A DNA stretch of 64,000 nucleotides from Gemmatimonadota bacterium (GTDB taxonomy: Bacteria > Gemmatimonadota > Gemmatimonadetes > Gemmatimonadales > GWC2-71-9): contig JBDHKN010000028.1 of assembly GCA_039586365.1 (NCBI GenBank), forward strand, positions 1-64,000, read 5' to 3'. Position numbers and translations under genes: made by a program. Below the pieces are notes generated by a model. The model was given only the letters and a program-made list of their open reading frames with translations. It was not told the DNA's origin and searched no databases. Below are positions 1 to 8,330 of this stretch, in pieces (position 1 is the stretch's first letter; each line of letters opens with the position of its first letter).

Positions 1-89
1 CGAGGCCCCATGTCCCTAGGAGAAGAATGGGACAACCCACCGAGACGACGTCTGACCTCTAACTTACTGTGATATAAGAACATAAGACG

Positions 90-329
90 CCCATCGACGG
101 ACCGACCGAAGTGTCGCCGTTTGGGTATTGCACCTGGTACGCGGAGGTCGTGGATGGGACACCACCATACAGCTATCAGTGGTCCGGAGTCTTGACCGGG
201 ACAGCTGGTTATGTAAGTGGATACGTCTCGCAGCCGGGCTACTTGAACCTCACGGTGACAAGTGGCAGCCGACAGGGCAGTAACTCGATCTACGTCGACG
301 TGGATTGGAATGCACCGCCTTGTTGGTAG
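90..329 (+). pseudogene. C-terminal fragment of a secreted protein (PKD/Ig-like module)
   Basis: Frame reads PIDGPTEVSPFGYCTWYAEVVDGTPPYSYQWSG...LNLTVTSG, with a G-x-P-P-Y-x-Y-x-W beta-sandwich motif. In-frame stops lie just upstream (60-75) and there is no convincing start or RBS. Confidence 0.45.
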
Positions 330-338
330 TAGATCTTC

Positions 339-364
339 GGAGGTGGGGTTCGGTCCCCACCTCC
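339..364 (+). terminator. GC-rich stem-loop (terminator or RNA stabiliser)
   Basis: GGAGGTGGGG-ttcggt-CCCCACCTCC, a perfect 10-bp stem right after the stop at 329; no U-tract. Confidence 0.4.
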
Positions 365-390
365 ACCCACTCATTCGCAGGGGGCTGTCG

Positions 391-1314
391 ATGCTGACTG
401 TAAGAATAACAGCAACCCTACTGTCACTATTCGTTTGGCTCGGGTCGTCGGCGTGTTCGAATCTGGGTCCCGTTGCTGAACACTGGATCTGGCTCGGGCT
501 TGATGCAAAGTGGGTAACCGCTCTTGCCCACACCGATTGGGGACTGTTTGCCGGCACTCGGAGCAACGGCGTGTTTCGGTACAACTCGGAACTTGATGAG
601 TGGGTGCCACTCGGGTTGGAGTCCTCGAGGGTTCGCTCCATGTTGTTCCTTCCAGGTGATGGGCCAAGGCTGTTGGTCGGAGTGACCGGACCGACGGAAT
701 CTGCTGTCTACGCCACTGAGGATGCGGGCGAGACGTGGATTCCATGGGATGGTGGCTTGGCGGATCATCAGGGGGGTTATTTCTCGGCACACTCGCTGGC
801 GGCGGATCCAGATCGACCGCAAAGGCTGTACATGGGCGGGTCATATTCAATTCTACGCTCTGACGATGGAGGCCAAACATGGGACTTCGTGCACGGTAGC
901 TTCGAGTCCTGGGGACAAGGGATACAAGCCATCGCGGTATCTCCCCACAGTGATGGCGGGGTGTGGGCCGCCGGGCAATCAGCCCTGGGAGTCGGGCCCA
1001 TCTTCAGAAGCCTCGATTCCGGTGACACGTGGGAAGTGTCTTTCCCTGCCCCCTACAGCGAGGTTGTTGACGGAGGTGCGGTGATTGTGTCCAACGATCG
1101 TGGAGAGACATGGGAGCCTTCGCTCAGCGAAGAGGTGCAGGTTCCGGCGTTGGCATATGCTGATGGGACTCTCTACGCCGTGGCACGAGAGTTTGTGGAG
1201 TTCGATCCGACACTTGGGGATCCGTACTACACTCTTCGCCTCTTTCGTCTGAGAGACGGGAGCGACAACTGGGAGAGCATCCCGTCACCGGGAGCCTGGG
1301 GGTACAGTCCCTGA
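391..1314 (+). CDS. Secreted/lipoprotein BNR (Asp-box) beta-propeller protein, possibly C-terminally truncated
   Basis: Signal peptide ending in Cys (SSAC). Repeated Asp-boxes TEDAGETW, SDDGGQTW, SLDSGDTW, SNDRGETW. Confidence 0.75.
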   Translation: MLTVRITATLLSLFVWLGSSACSNLGPVAEHWIWLGLDAKWVTALAHTDWGLFAGTRSNGVFRYNSELDEWVPLGLESSRVRSMLFLPGDGPRLLVGVTGPTESAVYATEDAGETWIPWDGGLADHQGGYFSAHSLAADPDRPQRLYMGGSYSILRSDDGGQTWDFVHGSFESWGQGIQAIAVSPHSDGGVWAAGQSALGVGPIFRSLDSGDTWEVSFPAPYSEVVDGGAVIVSNDRGETWEPSLSEEVQVPALAYADGTLYAVAREFVEFDPTLGDPYYTLRLFRLRDGSDNWESIPSPGAWGYSP

Positions 1315-1357
1315 ATCGACCGCTTCTCGGCGACGGCCCTGGGCACCGGCCGGTTCG

Positions 1358-1876
1358 TCAGGGTCGCCGACGCGGCCCAGCTCCGGAGACGCCCCTTGTG
1401 GCGAGGCAGAACTCCAGCGCGATCCGAACAAAAGCCTCAAAGAGGTCATCCGGATTCCCTGACATCCGTGCGGGCAACTGACAACGCCCAAGTGTCTCAA
1501 GATTTGATGGGAAATCGGGATCCAGTGCCGCCGCACTGGAGACAGGACCTCCAAGCAAACTTAGAAAGCGGCTCCACGTTAAGTGAGGCTGTTCACTGTC
1601 AGCGCCGCAAGCCTCGTCGCTGCTATCCCCCACGACGACAAGCTCAGCTTCATGATGATCACAGGCAATCTTTGCAGCGGCTAACTGAGCTTCCGTCAAG
1701 GAAGTCTCAAGGAACATGAAACAGTAGCGAAGGCTCATGCCGAACTCATCTGTCCGAACGGCATTGACCATCGCGTATCCGGGCTTCCGTTCAACATCCT
1801 CAACAACGAAGCCGCCGCTAAGCAGGGTGCGTACGGCAACATCTAGTTCGGGTCTCGGCTCTAGAGGCGCTGTCAC
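1358..1876 (-). CDS. Hypothetical protein, probably 3'-truncated; resembles the N-terminal part of a restriction-endonuclease-like protein
   Basis: 172-aa ORF with RBS-like GAGGTAGG. Globular sequence up to DDLFEAFVRIALEF, then an abrupt GC-rich low-complexity tail. Confidence 0.5.
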   Translation of the reverse strand: MTAPLEPRPELDVAVRTLLSGGFVVEDVERKPGYAMVNAVRTDEFGMSLRYCFMFLETSLTEAQLAAAKIACDHHEAELVVVGDSSDEACGADSEQPHLTWSRFLSLLGGPVSSAAALDPDFPSNLETLGRCQLPARMSGNPDDLFEAFVRIALEFCLATRGVSGAGPRRRP

Positions 1877-2306
1877 ATGAACCTACCTCACCCTATGCGC
1901 CGGGACCTTGCATTAGAGCGTTCAAACAGCGCACAGCGTCGGCAGACCCATAGCTGCACAACGAGTGAATCCGCCAAAGAAGCCCCCTCCTCAGCGCCTA
2001 AGATCTGCTCAACTGATAACATCCGCCAGTGCGCTCCGGGGACATCGACCTACGTTTTCGGGACATTCGTTGGCCCCGACCCCAGACCGGGCCAGGCGAG
2101 GCCCCGCCACCCTACCACCCCATGGTACCGTGACTGTGACTGGAGCCGAGTCAGGCGAGAAACTAGGTCTGGATCCGGAATAGGGGCTGTGAAATCTGGT
2201 TTCTGCACAGAGTTTCACACAGGGCCGCACCCACGTCTGGCACTAAACCCGAACAAAAACCGGGGGGGGACATTTCTGAGGGCCTTAGAAATATCCCCCA
2301 CTCCGC

Positions 2307-2335
2307 TTGACCCCCACATTTGCTCCCGATATGTT
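2307..2335 (+). promoter_or_regulatory. Sigma70-type promoter for the tRNA genes
   Basis: TTGACC-N17-TATGTT about 30 nt upstream of tRNA-Leu. Confidence 0.55.
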
Positions 2336-2365
2336 CATCCCTCACAGGAGGTTACGCCTTACTAC

Positions 2366-2447
2366 GCCCTGGTGGTGGAACTGGTAGACACGCTGTCTTG
2401 AGGGGGCAGTGGAGAGATCCGTGCCGGTTCGAATCCGGCCCAGGGCA
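2366..2447 (+). tRNA. tRNA-Leu(GAG)
   Basis: GCCCTGG/CCAGGGC acceptor stem, D-loop with TGGTAGAC, anticodon arm CTGTC-ttGAGgg-GGCAG, long variable arm, GGTTCGAATCC T-loop. CCA not encoded. Confidence 0.96.
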
Positions 2448-2558
2448 TCGACGCCGCGGATGGACGTGGAACAGGGCGGATCAACGCGGATCGCTTGCAG
2501 TGACGTCAACGAGCCGCGTTCATCCGCACTTTTTTCAGCGTAGCTCCGCGGCCGCCCC

Positions 2559-2630
2559 GCCACCGTAGCTCAGTGGTAGAGCTCTCGATTCGTAATCGAG
2601 TGGTCGACGGTTCGAGTCCGTCCGGTGGCT
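2559..2630 (+). tRNA. tRNA-Thr(CGT)
   Basis: GCCACCG/CGGTGGC acceptor stem, TAGCTCAGTGGTAGAGC D-arm, CTCGA-ttCGTaa-TCGAG anticodon arm, GGTTCGAGTCC T-loop. Confidence 0.96.
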
Positions 2631-2762
2631 CTTTTCCTTCCTCTGTCGTTGCTTGCTCGGTGCCCACCTGCCGGCAGGAGTCGCCGCACGAGAAGCAGAT
2701 CCACCGGGAGACCGAGATATCGTGCCACACCGTGGGAGAAATCCAAGGTAAACCTACCGTCG

Positions 2763-2840
2763 GCTCGCACGCTCCAACGAGACAACCGCCTGTTCTTTCC
2801 CCACGCGGCAGCAGCGCAGGACGTGGGGTTCCTCCCCTGC
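2763..2840 (+). pseudogene. Decayed fragment of an Ada N-terminal Zn-binding domain
   Basis: Encodes ARTLQRDNRLFFPHAAAAQDVGFLPC, versus ARTPKRDNCVFFPHAAAAEEAGFRPC in the intact gene at 3482-3559. Confidence 0.75.
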
Positions 2841-3012
2841 TACACTGGCAGTACTCCGGCCCGCCCTGCAGCCGGACTCGGGAGCCACCCCGAATCCACA
2901 CCGCCCTGCTCGCCCTAGATATGTTAAGTCCTTGTTATACAGCCGGTTACGTGCCATGAGCCGAGGCTCCGGGACCATCGGGAACGCCAGCTCCCCTAGC
3001 TAGCTGACCTCC

Positions 3013-3160
3013 TGGACGACCCGGCACGCGTTCGGGACGACCGGGAATGCCTTCTCCGTCATCCGGAACGCTTCCCCCGGCCGTTGGGAACGCTTCCTCA
3101 GCGGTCGGGAACGCTTCCTCAGCCGTCCGGAACGCTTCCTCCGTCGTCGGGAACGCTTCC
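3013..3160. repeat. Tandem repeat, about 7 x 21 bp (consensus TCNGNNGTCGGGAACGCTTCC)
   Basis: Units end at 3033, 3054, 3075, 3097, 3118, 3139 and 3160; GGAACGCTTCC core in five units. Confidence 0.85.
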
Positions 3161-3364
3161 CGGTTACAGGTAAAGCCTCCTCAGCAGCCCCGCCCGTGCA
3201 CAGCGTGGGCCGAGTGTCCTCCGCTGCGGAGACTATTGGCGCCAATTCGGCAGCCTGGAGAGGTACCGTTCCTCCCACCGCAGCCCGCTCCCCGCTGTGC
3301 CGACACCCACCACTAGGTCCGAAAACGTCCACTCCTCCGTTGCCACGGCGGTATCTTGGTGATC

Positions 3365-4882
3365 ATGCAGCTCGACCGAACCATCTGCTACCGCGCCCTG
3401 CGGACGCGCGACCGCCGCTTCGACGGCCGCTTCTTCACCGGCGTGACGAGCACCGGCGTCTACTGTCGGCCTGTATGTCCAGCACGCACGCCGAAGCGGG
3501 ACAATTGCGTGTTCTTCCCCCACGCCGCGGCGGCCGAGGAGGCGGGATTCCGGCCCTGTCTGCGCTGCCGCCCGGAGACTTCGCCCGGTACCCCGGCATG
3601 GCAGGGCACGTCGGCTACGGTGTCGCGCGCGCTGCGGCTGATCGAGGAGGGAGCGCTGGATCGGGGCGGAGTGGACCAACTGGCGCTGGGCGTCGGCGTT
3701 GGGGCCCGCCACCTGCGCCGCCTGTTCGTGGAGCATCTCGGCGCGGCGCCGCTCGCCGTCGATATGACGCGCAGGGTGCACTTCGCCAAGCGCCTGCTGG
3801 CGGAGACCAAGCTGTCAATCATGCAGGTGGCGCTGTCAGCCGGCTTCAACAATGCACGCCGGTTCAATGCAGCGTTTCGCAGCTGTTTCCAGCAGCCACC
3901 CAGTGCGATTCGCCACGCCACACGCGCGGCCCACCTGCCGAGTGATGCCACCAACGGCGCCATCACACTGCGTCTGTCGTACCGACCGCCCTTGGCCTGG
4001 GACGCCTTGCTCGCCTTCCTGGCGCCACGCGCCATACCCGGAGTCGAAGCGGTCGTCGCTGACTCCTACCAGCGCACAGTGGCGCTCGATGGCAGGGAGG
4101 GAATAATGTCGGTTGCGCCCGACCCCGGCGGTGAGGGTCTGGTGCTGCGGGCCCCGCTGACCGCGGCACCCCGCCTGTTCGAGATGGTGGAGCGCGTGCG
4201 GACCTTGTTGGACCTGTCAGCCGACCCCGGCGTGATCGAAGATCAACTGCTGAGCGATTCCGAGTTGGCCAACCTGAGGGTGCCGCGCGGATTGCGCGTG
4301 CCCGGTGCCTGGGACCGCTTCGAGCTGGCCGTCCGCGCCATCCTCGGCCAGCAGGTGTCGGTCAGGAGCGCCACTACACTGTCCGGCCGGCTGGTCGCGG
4401 CGTTCGGCCGCCGGCTCGCCGAGCCCATGTCCGGACCCGCTGCAGAGGGTGCGGCGGGCGTGCCGGCCGGCCCCGCCTGGGTCTTCCCCACACCCGGAGA
4501 CCTGGTCCGCGCCCCGACCGCTAGGCTCGCCGCCATCGGTATCCCGGCCGCGCGGGCGGCGGCTATCCAAGAGCTGGCGCGCGCGGTCGCGGCGGGAGCG
4601 CCGGTGTTGCAGCGGGCTGCCGACCTGGACAGCACCATCGCTCGCCTCACGGCGCTGGATGGGATCGGCGACTGGACCGCCCACTACATAGCCATGCGGG
4701 CGTTGCGCGAGCCCGATGCCTTCCCGGCGGGAGATCTCGGACTGCGGCGCGCCCTGGCAGCGGGTGAGCGGCCACTCACCCCGCGCGCCCTGTCCCTGCG
4801 CTCCGATACCTGGCGCCCCTGGCGCGCCTATGCCGCCGTCCGCCTGTGGACGGCCCTGAGAAACCGGACGGAGACGACATGA
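3365..4882 (+). CDS. alkA: Ada-AlkA fusion: Ada Zn/AraC regulator plus DNA-3-methyladenine glycosylase II
   Basis: TGVYCRPVC...FRPCLRCRP Ada motif, AraC HTH, AILGQQVSV, HhH LDGIGDWTA, PDAFPAGDLG, WRPWRAYA. Confidence 0.93.
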   Translation: MQLDRTICYRALRTRDRRFDGRFFTGVTSTGVYCRPVCPARTPKRDNCVFFPHAAAAEEAGFRPCLRCRPETSPGTPAWQGTSATVSRALRLIEEGALDRGGVDQLALGVGVGARHLRRLFVEHLGAAPLAVDMTRRVHFAKRLLAETKLSIMQVALSAGFNNARRFNAAFRSCFQQPPSAIRHATRAAHLPSDATNGAITLRLSYRPPLAWDALLAFLAPRAIPGVEAVVADSYQRTVALDGREGIMSVAPDPGGEGLVLRAPLTAAPRLFEMVERVRTLLDLSADPGVIEDQLLSDSELANLRVPRGLRVPGAWDRFELAVRAILGQQVSVRSATTLSGRLVAAFGRRLAEPMSGPAAEGAAGVPAGPAWVFPTPGDLVRAPTARLAAIGIPAARAAAIQELARAVAAGAPVLQRAADLDSTIARLTALDGIGDWTAHYIAMRALREPDAFPAGDLGLRRALAAGERPLTPRALSLRSDTWRPWRAYAAVRLWTALRNRTETT

Positions 4883-5490
4883 AACAGCCACATCGCAGCG
4901 GCCCGGCGGTCCAAACAGCAACCGTGATCGCCAGCCCCGTCGGCCCCCTGTACCTCGCGGCTACGGACGCGGGACTGACCCAGCTACGGTTCCTAGCGCA
5001 GCCGCACGATGTACGGAACGTCGTGCCCGCACAGGGCGCCGGCGGGCACATCCTGCGTGAGACGGAGCTGCAGCTGGCGGACCACTTCACTGGTCGGCGG
5101 CGCCGTTTTGAGCTGCCCCTGGCGCCCAGCGGTACCGAGTTTCAGCTGGCCACCTGGCACGAGCTGCGCGCGATCCCGTACGGCGAGATGCTGAGCTATC
5201 GCGAGTTGGCGCGCCGCCTGGGGAAGCCGCGGGCGGTCCGGGCAGTCGGAGCTGCCAACCGTGCCAACCCCATCTCCATCATCGTACCCTGCCACCGGGT
5301 GATCGGTAGCGACGGTAGCCTCGTAGGCTACGGCGGTGGCCTCGACACTAAGCGGCGACTCCTGGCGCTGGAGGGCGTGCAGCTGGTGGGTTATCCGCGT
5401 CCGCCTGCGCGGCAGCGGTCTCGACCCTGCGTGACCGCCCAACTAACTTTGGGATCCCTGTTTCCCGAAGCGTGTAACTCTAGACAGTAG
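4879..5490 (+). CDS. ogt: Methylated-DNA--protein-cysteine methyltransferase
   Basis: IPYGE..SY, RAVGAAN, active-site IVPCHRVIG; ATGA overlap with the upstream gene. Confidence 0.93.
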   Translation: MKQPHRSGPAVQTATVIASPVGPLYLAATDAGLTQLRFLAQPHDVRNVVPAQGAGGHILRETELQLADHFTGRRRRFELPLAPSGTEFQLATWHELRAIPYGEMLSYRELARRLGKPRAVRAVGAANRANPISIIVPCHRVIGSDGSLVGYGGGLDTKRRLLALEGVQLVGYPRPPARQRSRPCVTAQLTLGSLFPEACNSRQ

Positions 5491-5532
5491 CTTATGCTTG
5501 TTTGAATGATTCTGATTAGAAGTTGCGCAGCT

Positions 5533-6525
5533 ATGAGTACTGCAATTCCGACAATAGAAGACACCCGGCTCGCCCCCGAGGAGATCGCAACTCTGCAGAC
5601 CGAGATCCGCGCCTTGGCAGCGGAGCGGGACGCGGTGATTCTGGCCCATAACTACCAGCGCCCCGAAGTGCAGGATGTCGCCGACTATGTCGGTGACTCC
5701 CTCGGGCTGTCACGCCAGGCGGCCGACACCGCCGCCGGGGTGATCGTGTTTTGCGGGGTGCACTTCATGGCCGAGACGGCCGCGATCCTGTCACCGGGAA
5801 AGCGCGTGCTCCTGCCGGATCTCCGCGCCGGTTGCTCGCTGGCGGCCTCGATCACTGGCGACGACGTGCGGCGCTGGAAAGCAGAGTTTCCCGGCTATGT
5901 CGCCGTTGGATACGTGAACACCACGGCGGAGGTCAAGGCAGAGCTGGACTACTGCTGCACCAGCGGCAACGCGATCGATGTGATCGACGCGATCCCGGCC
6001 GATCGCGGGATTCTCTTCTTACCCGACTTTTTCCTGGGCGCTCACATCAAACGCATGCGGCCGGATCGTAGGGTGCAGATCTGGCTGGGCGAATGCCACG
6101 TCCACAAGAACATCAACTCTCGCACGGTGAATTTCAGCAGGAGCCAACATCCGGACGCTGAGGTCTTGGTCCATCCGGAGTGCGGCTGCGCCGGGCAACT
6201 CATCTATGGGATTGGTCTGGGCGATGTGGCTGGGAACGGCGTGCACATTGCCTCGACCGAAGGGATGGTGAACACGGCCCGTAACGGCTCGGCGTCCACT
6301 TATATCGTTGCGACTGAGACCGGGATCCTGCACCGCATGCAGCAGATTGCGCCTGACAAGAGCTTCCTCCCAGCGGATCCCGAAGCGAAATGCGCCTTCA
6401 TGAAGACGATCACGCTGGAGGGAGTGAGAGACGCCTTGCTGCTCGATCAACACGTGGTAACCGTTCCCACAGCTATTGCGGACCGCGCCAGAACCGCCCT
6501 CAACCGCATGGTCACTATAGGCTAG
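5533..6525 (+). CDS. nadA: Quinolinate synthase
   Basis: ILAHNYQRPEVQ, FCGVHFMAETA, AGCSLA, YVNTTAEVKA, ECHVH, HPEC, CAFMK. Confidence 0.96.
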   Translation: MSTAIPTIEDTRLAPEEIATLQTEIRALAAERDAVILAHNYQRPEVQDVADYVGDSLGLSRQAADTAAGVIVFCGVHFMAETAAILSPGKRVLLPDLRAGCSLAASITGDDVRRWKAEFPGYVAVGYVNTTAEVKAELDYCCTSGNAIDVIDAIPADRGILFLPDFFLGAHIKRMRPDRRVQIWLGECHVHKNINSRTVNFSRSQHPDAEVLVHPECGCAGQLIYGIGLGDVAGNGVHIASTEGMVNTARNGSASTYIVATETGILHRMQQIAPDKSFLPADPEAKCAFMKTITLEGVRDALLLDQHVVTVPTAIADRARTALNRMVTIG

Positions 6526-6539
6526 CGGTCCGACGCCGC

Positions 6540-7406
6540 GTGACGTTGGGTCACTTTCCCCTTGATATTGCAAAAGATGCAAAGGCCGTAGCTAGGCGGG
6601 CGCTGGCTGAGGACGGGCCAACCGATATCACCAGCGACGTGGTCGGAGCTGCCGGCCTGAATGCGGTCGGCAGTTTGGAGTACCGTAGCGGAGGTGTGGT
6701 GGCTGGGCTGCGTTACGCCGAGGAGGTCGTGCGGCAATGCGGCGGGCAGGTGCTCGATTGGCAGGTGGAGGAAGGGGCTGCTGTCCCGCCCCACGCTGAG
6801 ATCGGTCAGATCCGCGGGGATATGGCGGATATGCTACGGGCCGAGCGCCCGATGCTCAACCTGTTACAGCGGGCCTGCGGGATTGCATCGGCAACGCGGT
6901 CGTTCGTCCAAGCTGTAACGGGGACGCGGTGCCGAGTCCTCCACACTCGAAAGACCGCACCCGGGCTGCGTGGGTTGGATGCAAGTGCAGTGGTTGCCGG
7001 GGGTGGCGCGTTGCACCGGCTGGACCTGTCGACTGCCGTGTTGCTCAAGGACAACCACTGGAAGTTGCTGCAGCGTCGCAAGCTGACGCTGCAGTCGGCG
7101 TGTGACGAGGCCAAGTCGCGTGGCGTCACCGCTGTCTACGTGGAGGTCGAATCGCCCGATCAGGTGCGCGCAGCATGCGCTGCCGGGGCCACCCGGCTGC
7201 TGGTGGACAACCAGACACCCGAGACGTTTCGTGCCTGGGCTGACCTGGCGCGCGGGCTGGCGCCGCACATCGAGCTGGAGGCAAGCGGCGGCATCACGCT
7301 CGACGTGGTGCGGGAATACGCACTCGCTGGTGCCGACTTCGTGTCGGTGGGCGCGCTGACGCACAGTGCGGTCGCCGCTGATGTGGCGCTCGAGGTGCTT
7401 GACTGA
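6540..7406 (+). CDS. nadC: Nicotinate-nucleotide diphosphorylase (carboxylating)
   Basis: ALAED..DIT, AER..LNLLQ, TRKTAPGLR, LKDNH, EVES, EASGGIT, SVGALTHS. Start codon approximate. Confidence 0.95.
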   Translation: MTLGHFPLDIAKDAKAVARRALAEDGPTDITSDVVGAAGLNAVGSLEYRSGGVVAGLRYAEEVVRQCGGQVLDWQVEEGAAVPPHAEIGQIRGDMADMLRAERPMLNLLQRACGIASATRSFVQAVTGTRCRVLHTRKTAPGLRGLDASAVVAGGGALHRLDLSTAVLLKDNHWKLLQRRKLTLQSACDEAKSRGVTAVYVEVESPDQVRAACAAGATRLLVDNQTPETFRAWADLARGLAPHIELEASGGITLDVVREYALAGADFVSVGALTHSAVAADVALEVLD

Positions 7407-7468
7407 GCGCGAACCAGATGAAACTTAGCAACCTGACGTTTCGTCGTGGGACGTAAGGAGGCTTACCT

Positions 7469-7753
7469 ATGTTCGGTCTCGAGACCCTAGTCTGGCTCGG
7501 CGTGACGGGAGCTGCGTCGATTTTCGGTTACATCAAATCGCGGCAGTTCGTGAGACGTAGGCTCCGCTACGTAGATGCCGTACAGAATCCGGTTGTGCCA
7601 CTCATTGCCGGAGGTGCTGCAGGTCTCATAGCGCTGCCCCTGGCAGGGCTGCTGCCTATTCTCACAACTGTGTCGGCCATCGTATTCGGGATCGGGATTG
7701 GGACCGGAGTCCTTCACGGGGCCAGAGACGTCAAACGACTCCCGGGAGGGTAG
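7469..7753 (+). CDS. Small membrane protein
   Basis: AAGGAGG RBS; three hydrophobic segments around a basic stretch RQFVRRRLRYVD. Confidence 0.7.
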   Translation: MFGLETLVWLGVTGAASIFGYIKSRQFVRRRLRYVDAVQNPVVPLIAGGAAGLIALPLAGLLPILTTVSAIVFGIGIGTGVLHGARDVKRLPGG

Positions 7754-7977
7754 GAATCCAACGCTCAGGCCAGGCATCGCCAGAGGGCACCGTCGACGGC
7801 CACGCCGTTTTCCACAGGGATTTAACACTGCTTCTACAACAGCCTGGCGCCCCAAACCGAGGCGGGCGGCACGGCGGTGGATGGGCAGCGTGACCGGCAT
7901 GTCATTTGCCTCAATCACGAGAGGTTGGACTTCGCTGGTTGTTCATTACTCTGCGCAGAATGTGACTGGAGTGCTCG

Positions 7978-8292
7978 ATGAGCGCTGGTTCTTATAACCC
8001 GGAGCGTAAGTCCGGACCCAGCGGGCGGAGGGCCGAGGAGCGCCGCTCGGGCGGGGAACGCCGTTCTGGGGAAGAGCGTCGCGCGGCGGCGAGTCGCCGC
8101 AACGGCGACCGACGAGTGGCAGCCGTGGTTGTAGCATCCGACCGCCGAATGATGGGGGACCGGCGCCACACAGCGGATCGTAGGGCAGACGAACGCCGTC
8201 AGATCAGTAACCGGCGCTGGCACATCGAGCGGCGGGTGTTGAAAGAACGGCGTGGATCGGTGTGGAAAAATATGGGAGGGCTGCTGCTGTAG
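7978..8292 (+). CDS. Small protein made of (D/E)RR repeats
   Basis: GGAG RBS; about 12 xRR motifs (ERR, DRR, GRR, SRR, NRR) spaced 5-10 aa apart. Confidence 0.65.
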   Translation: MSAGSYNPERKSGPSGRRAEERRSGGERRSGEERRAAASRRNGDRRVAAVVVASDRRMMGDRRHTADRRADERRQISNRRWHIERRVLKERRGSVWKNMGGLLL

Positions 8293-8330
8293 CCGCACTG
8301 AGCCAGTGAGTGTAGTCGCGACGCCCCTTG

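Noticed and set aside
1877..2959. ORFs overlapping the tRNAs (1877..2401, 2320..2568, 2573..2959 and similar)
   Set aside because: They overlap clear tRNA genes or their promoter and have no protein-like motifs.
3013..3160. 21-bp repeat as a CRISPR array
   Set aside because: The variable parts are only about 10 nt and resemble each other; it is a tandem repeat.
2763..3559. Ada fragment and ada gene as a DGR template/variable pair
   Set aside because: Differences are not confined to adenines; many are synonymous third-position changes involving all bases.
2559..5490. Integrative element at tRNA-Thr
   Set aside because: No integrase and no duplicated tRNA 3' end found downstream in the window.
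7808..7816. DnaA-box-like TTTTCCACA
   Set aside because: Single mismatched copy, with no box cluster or origin-associated genes.
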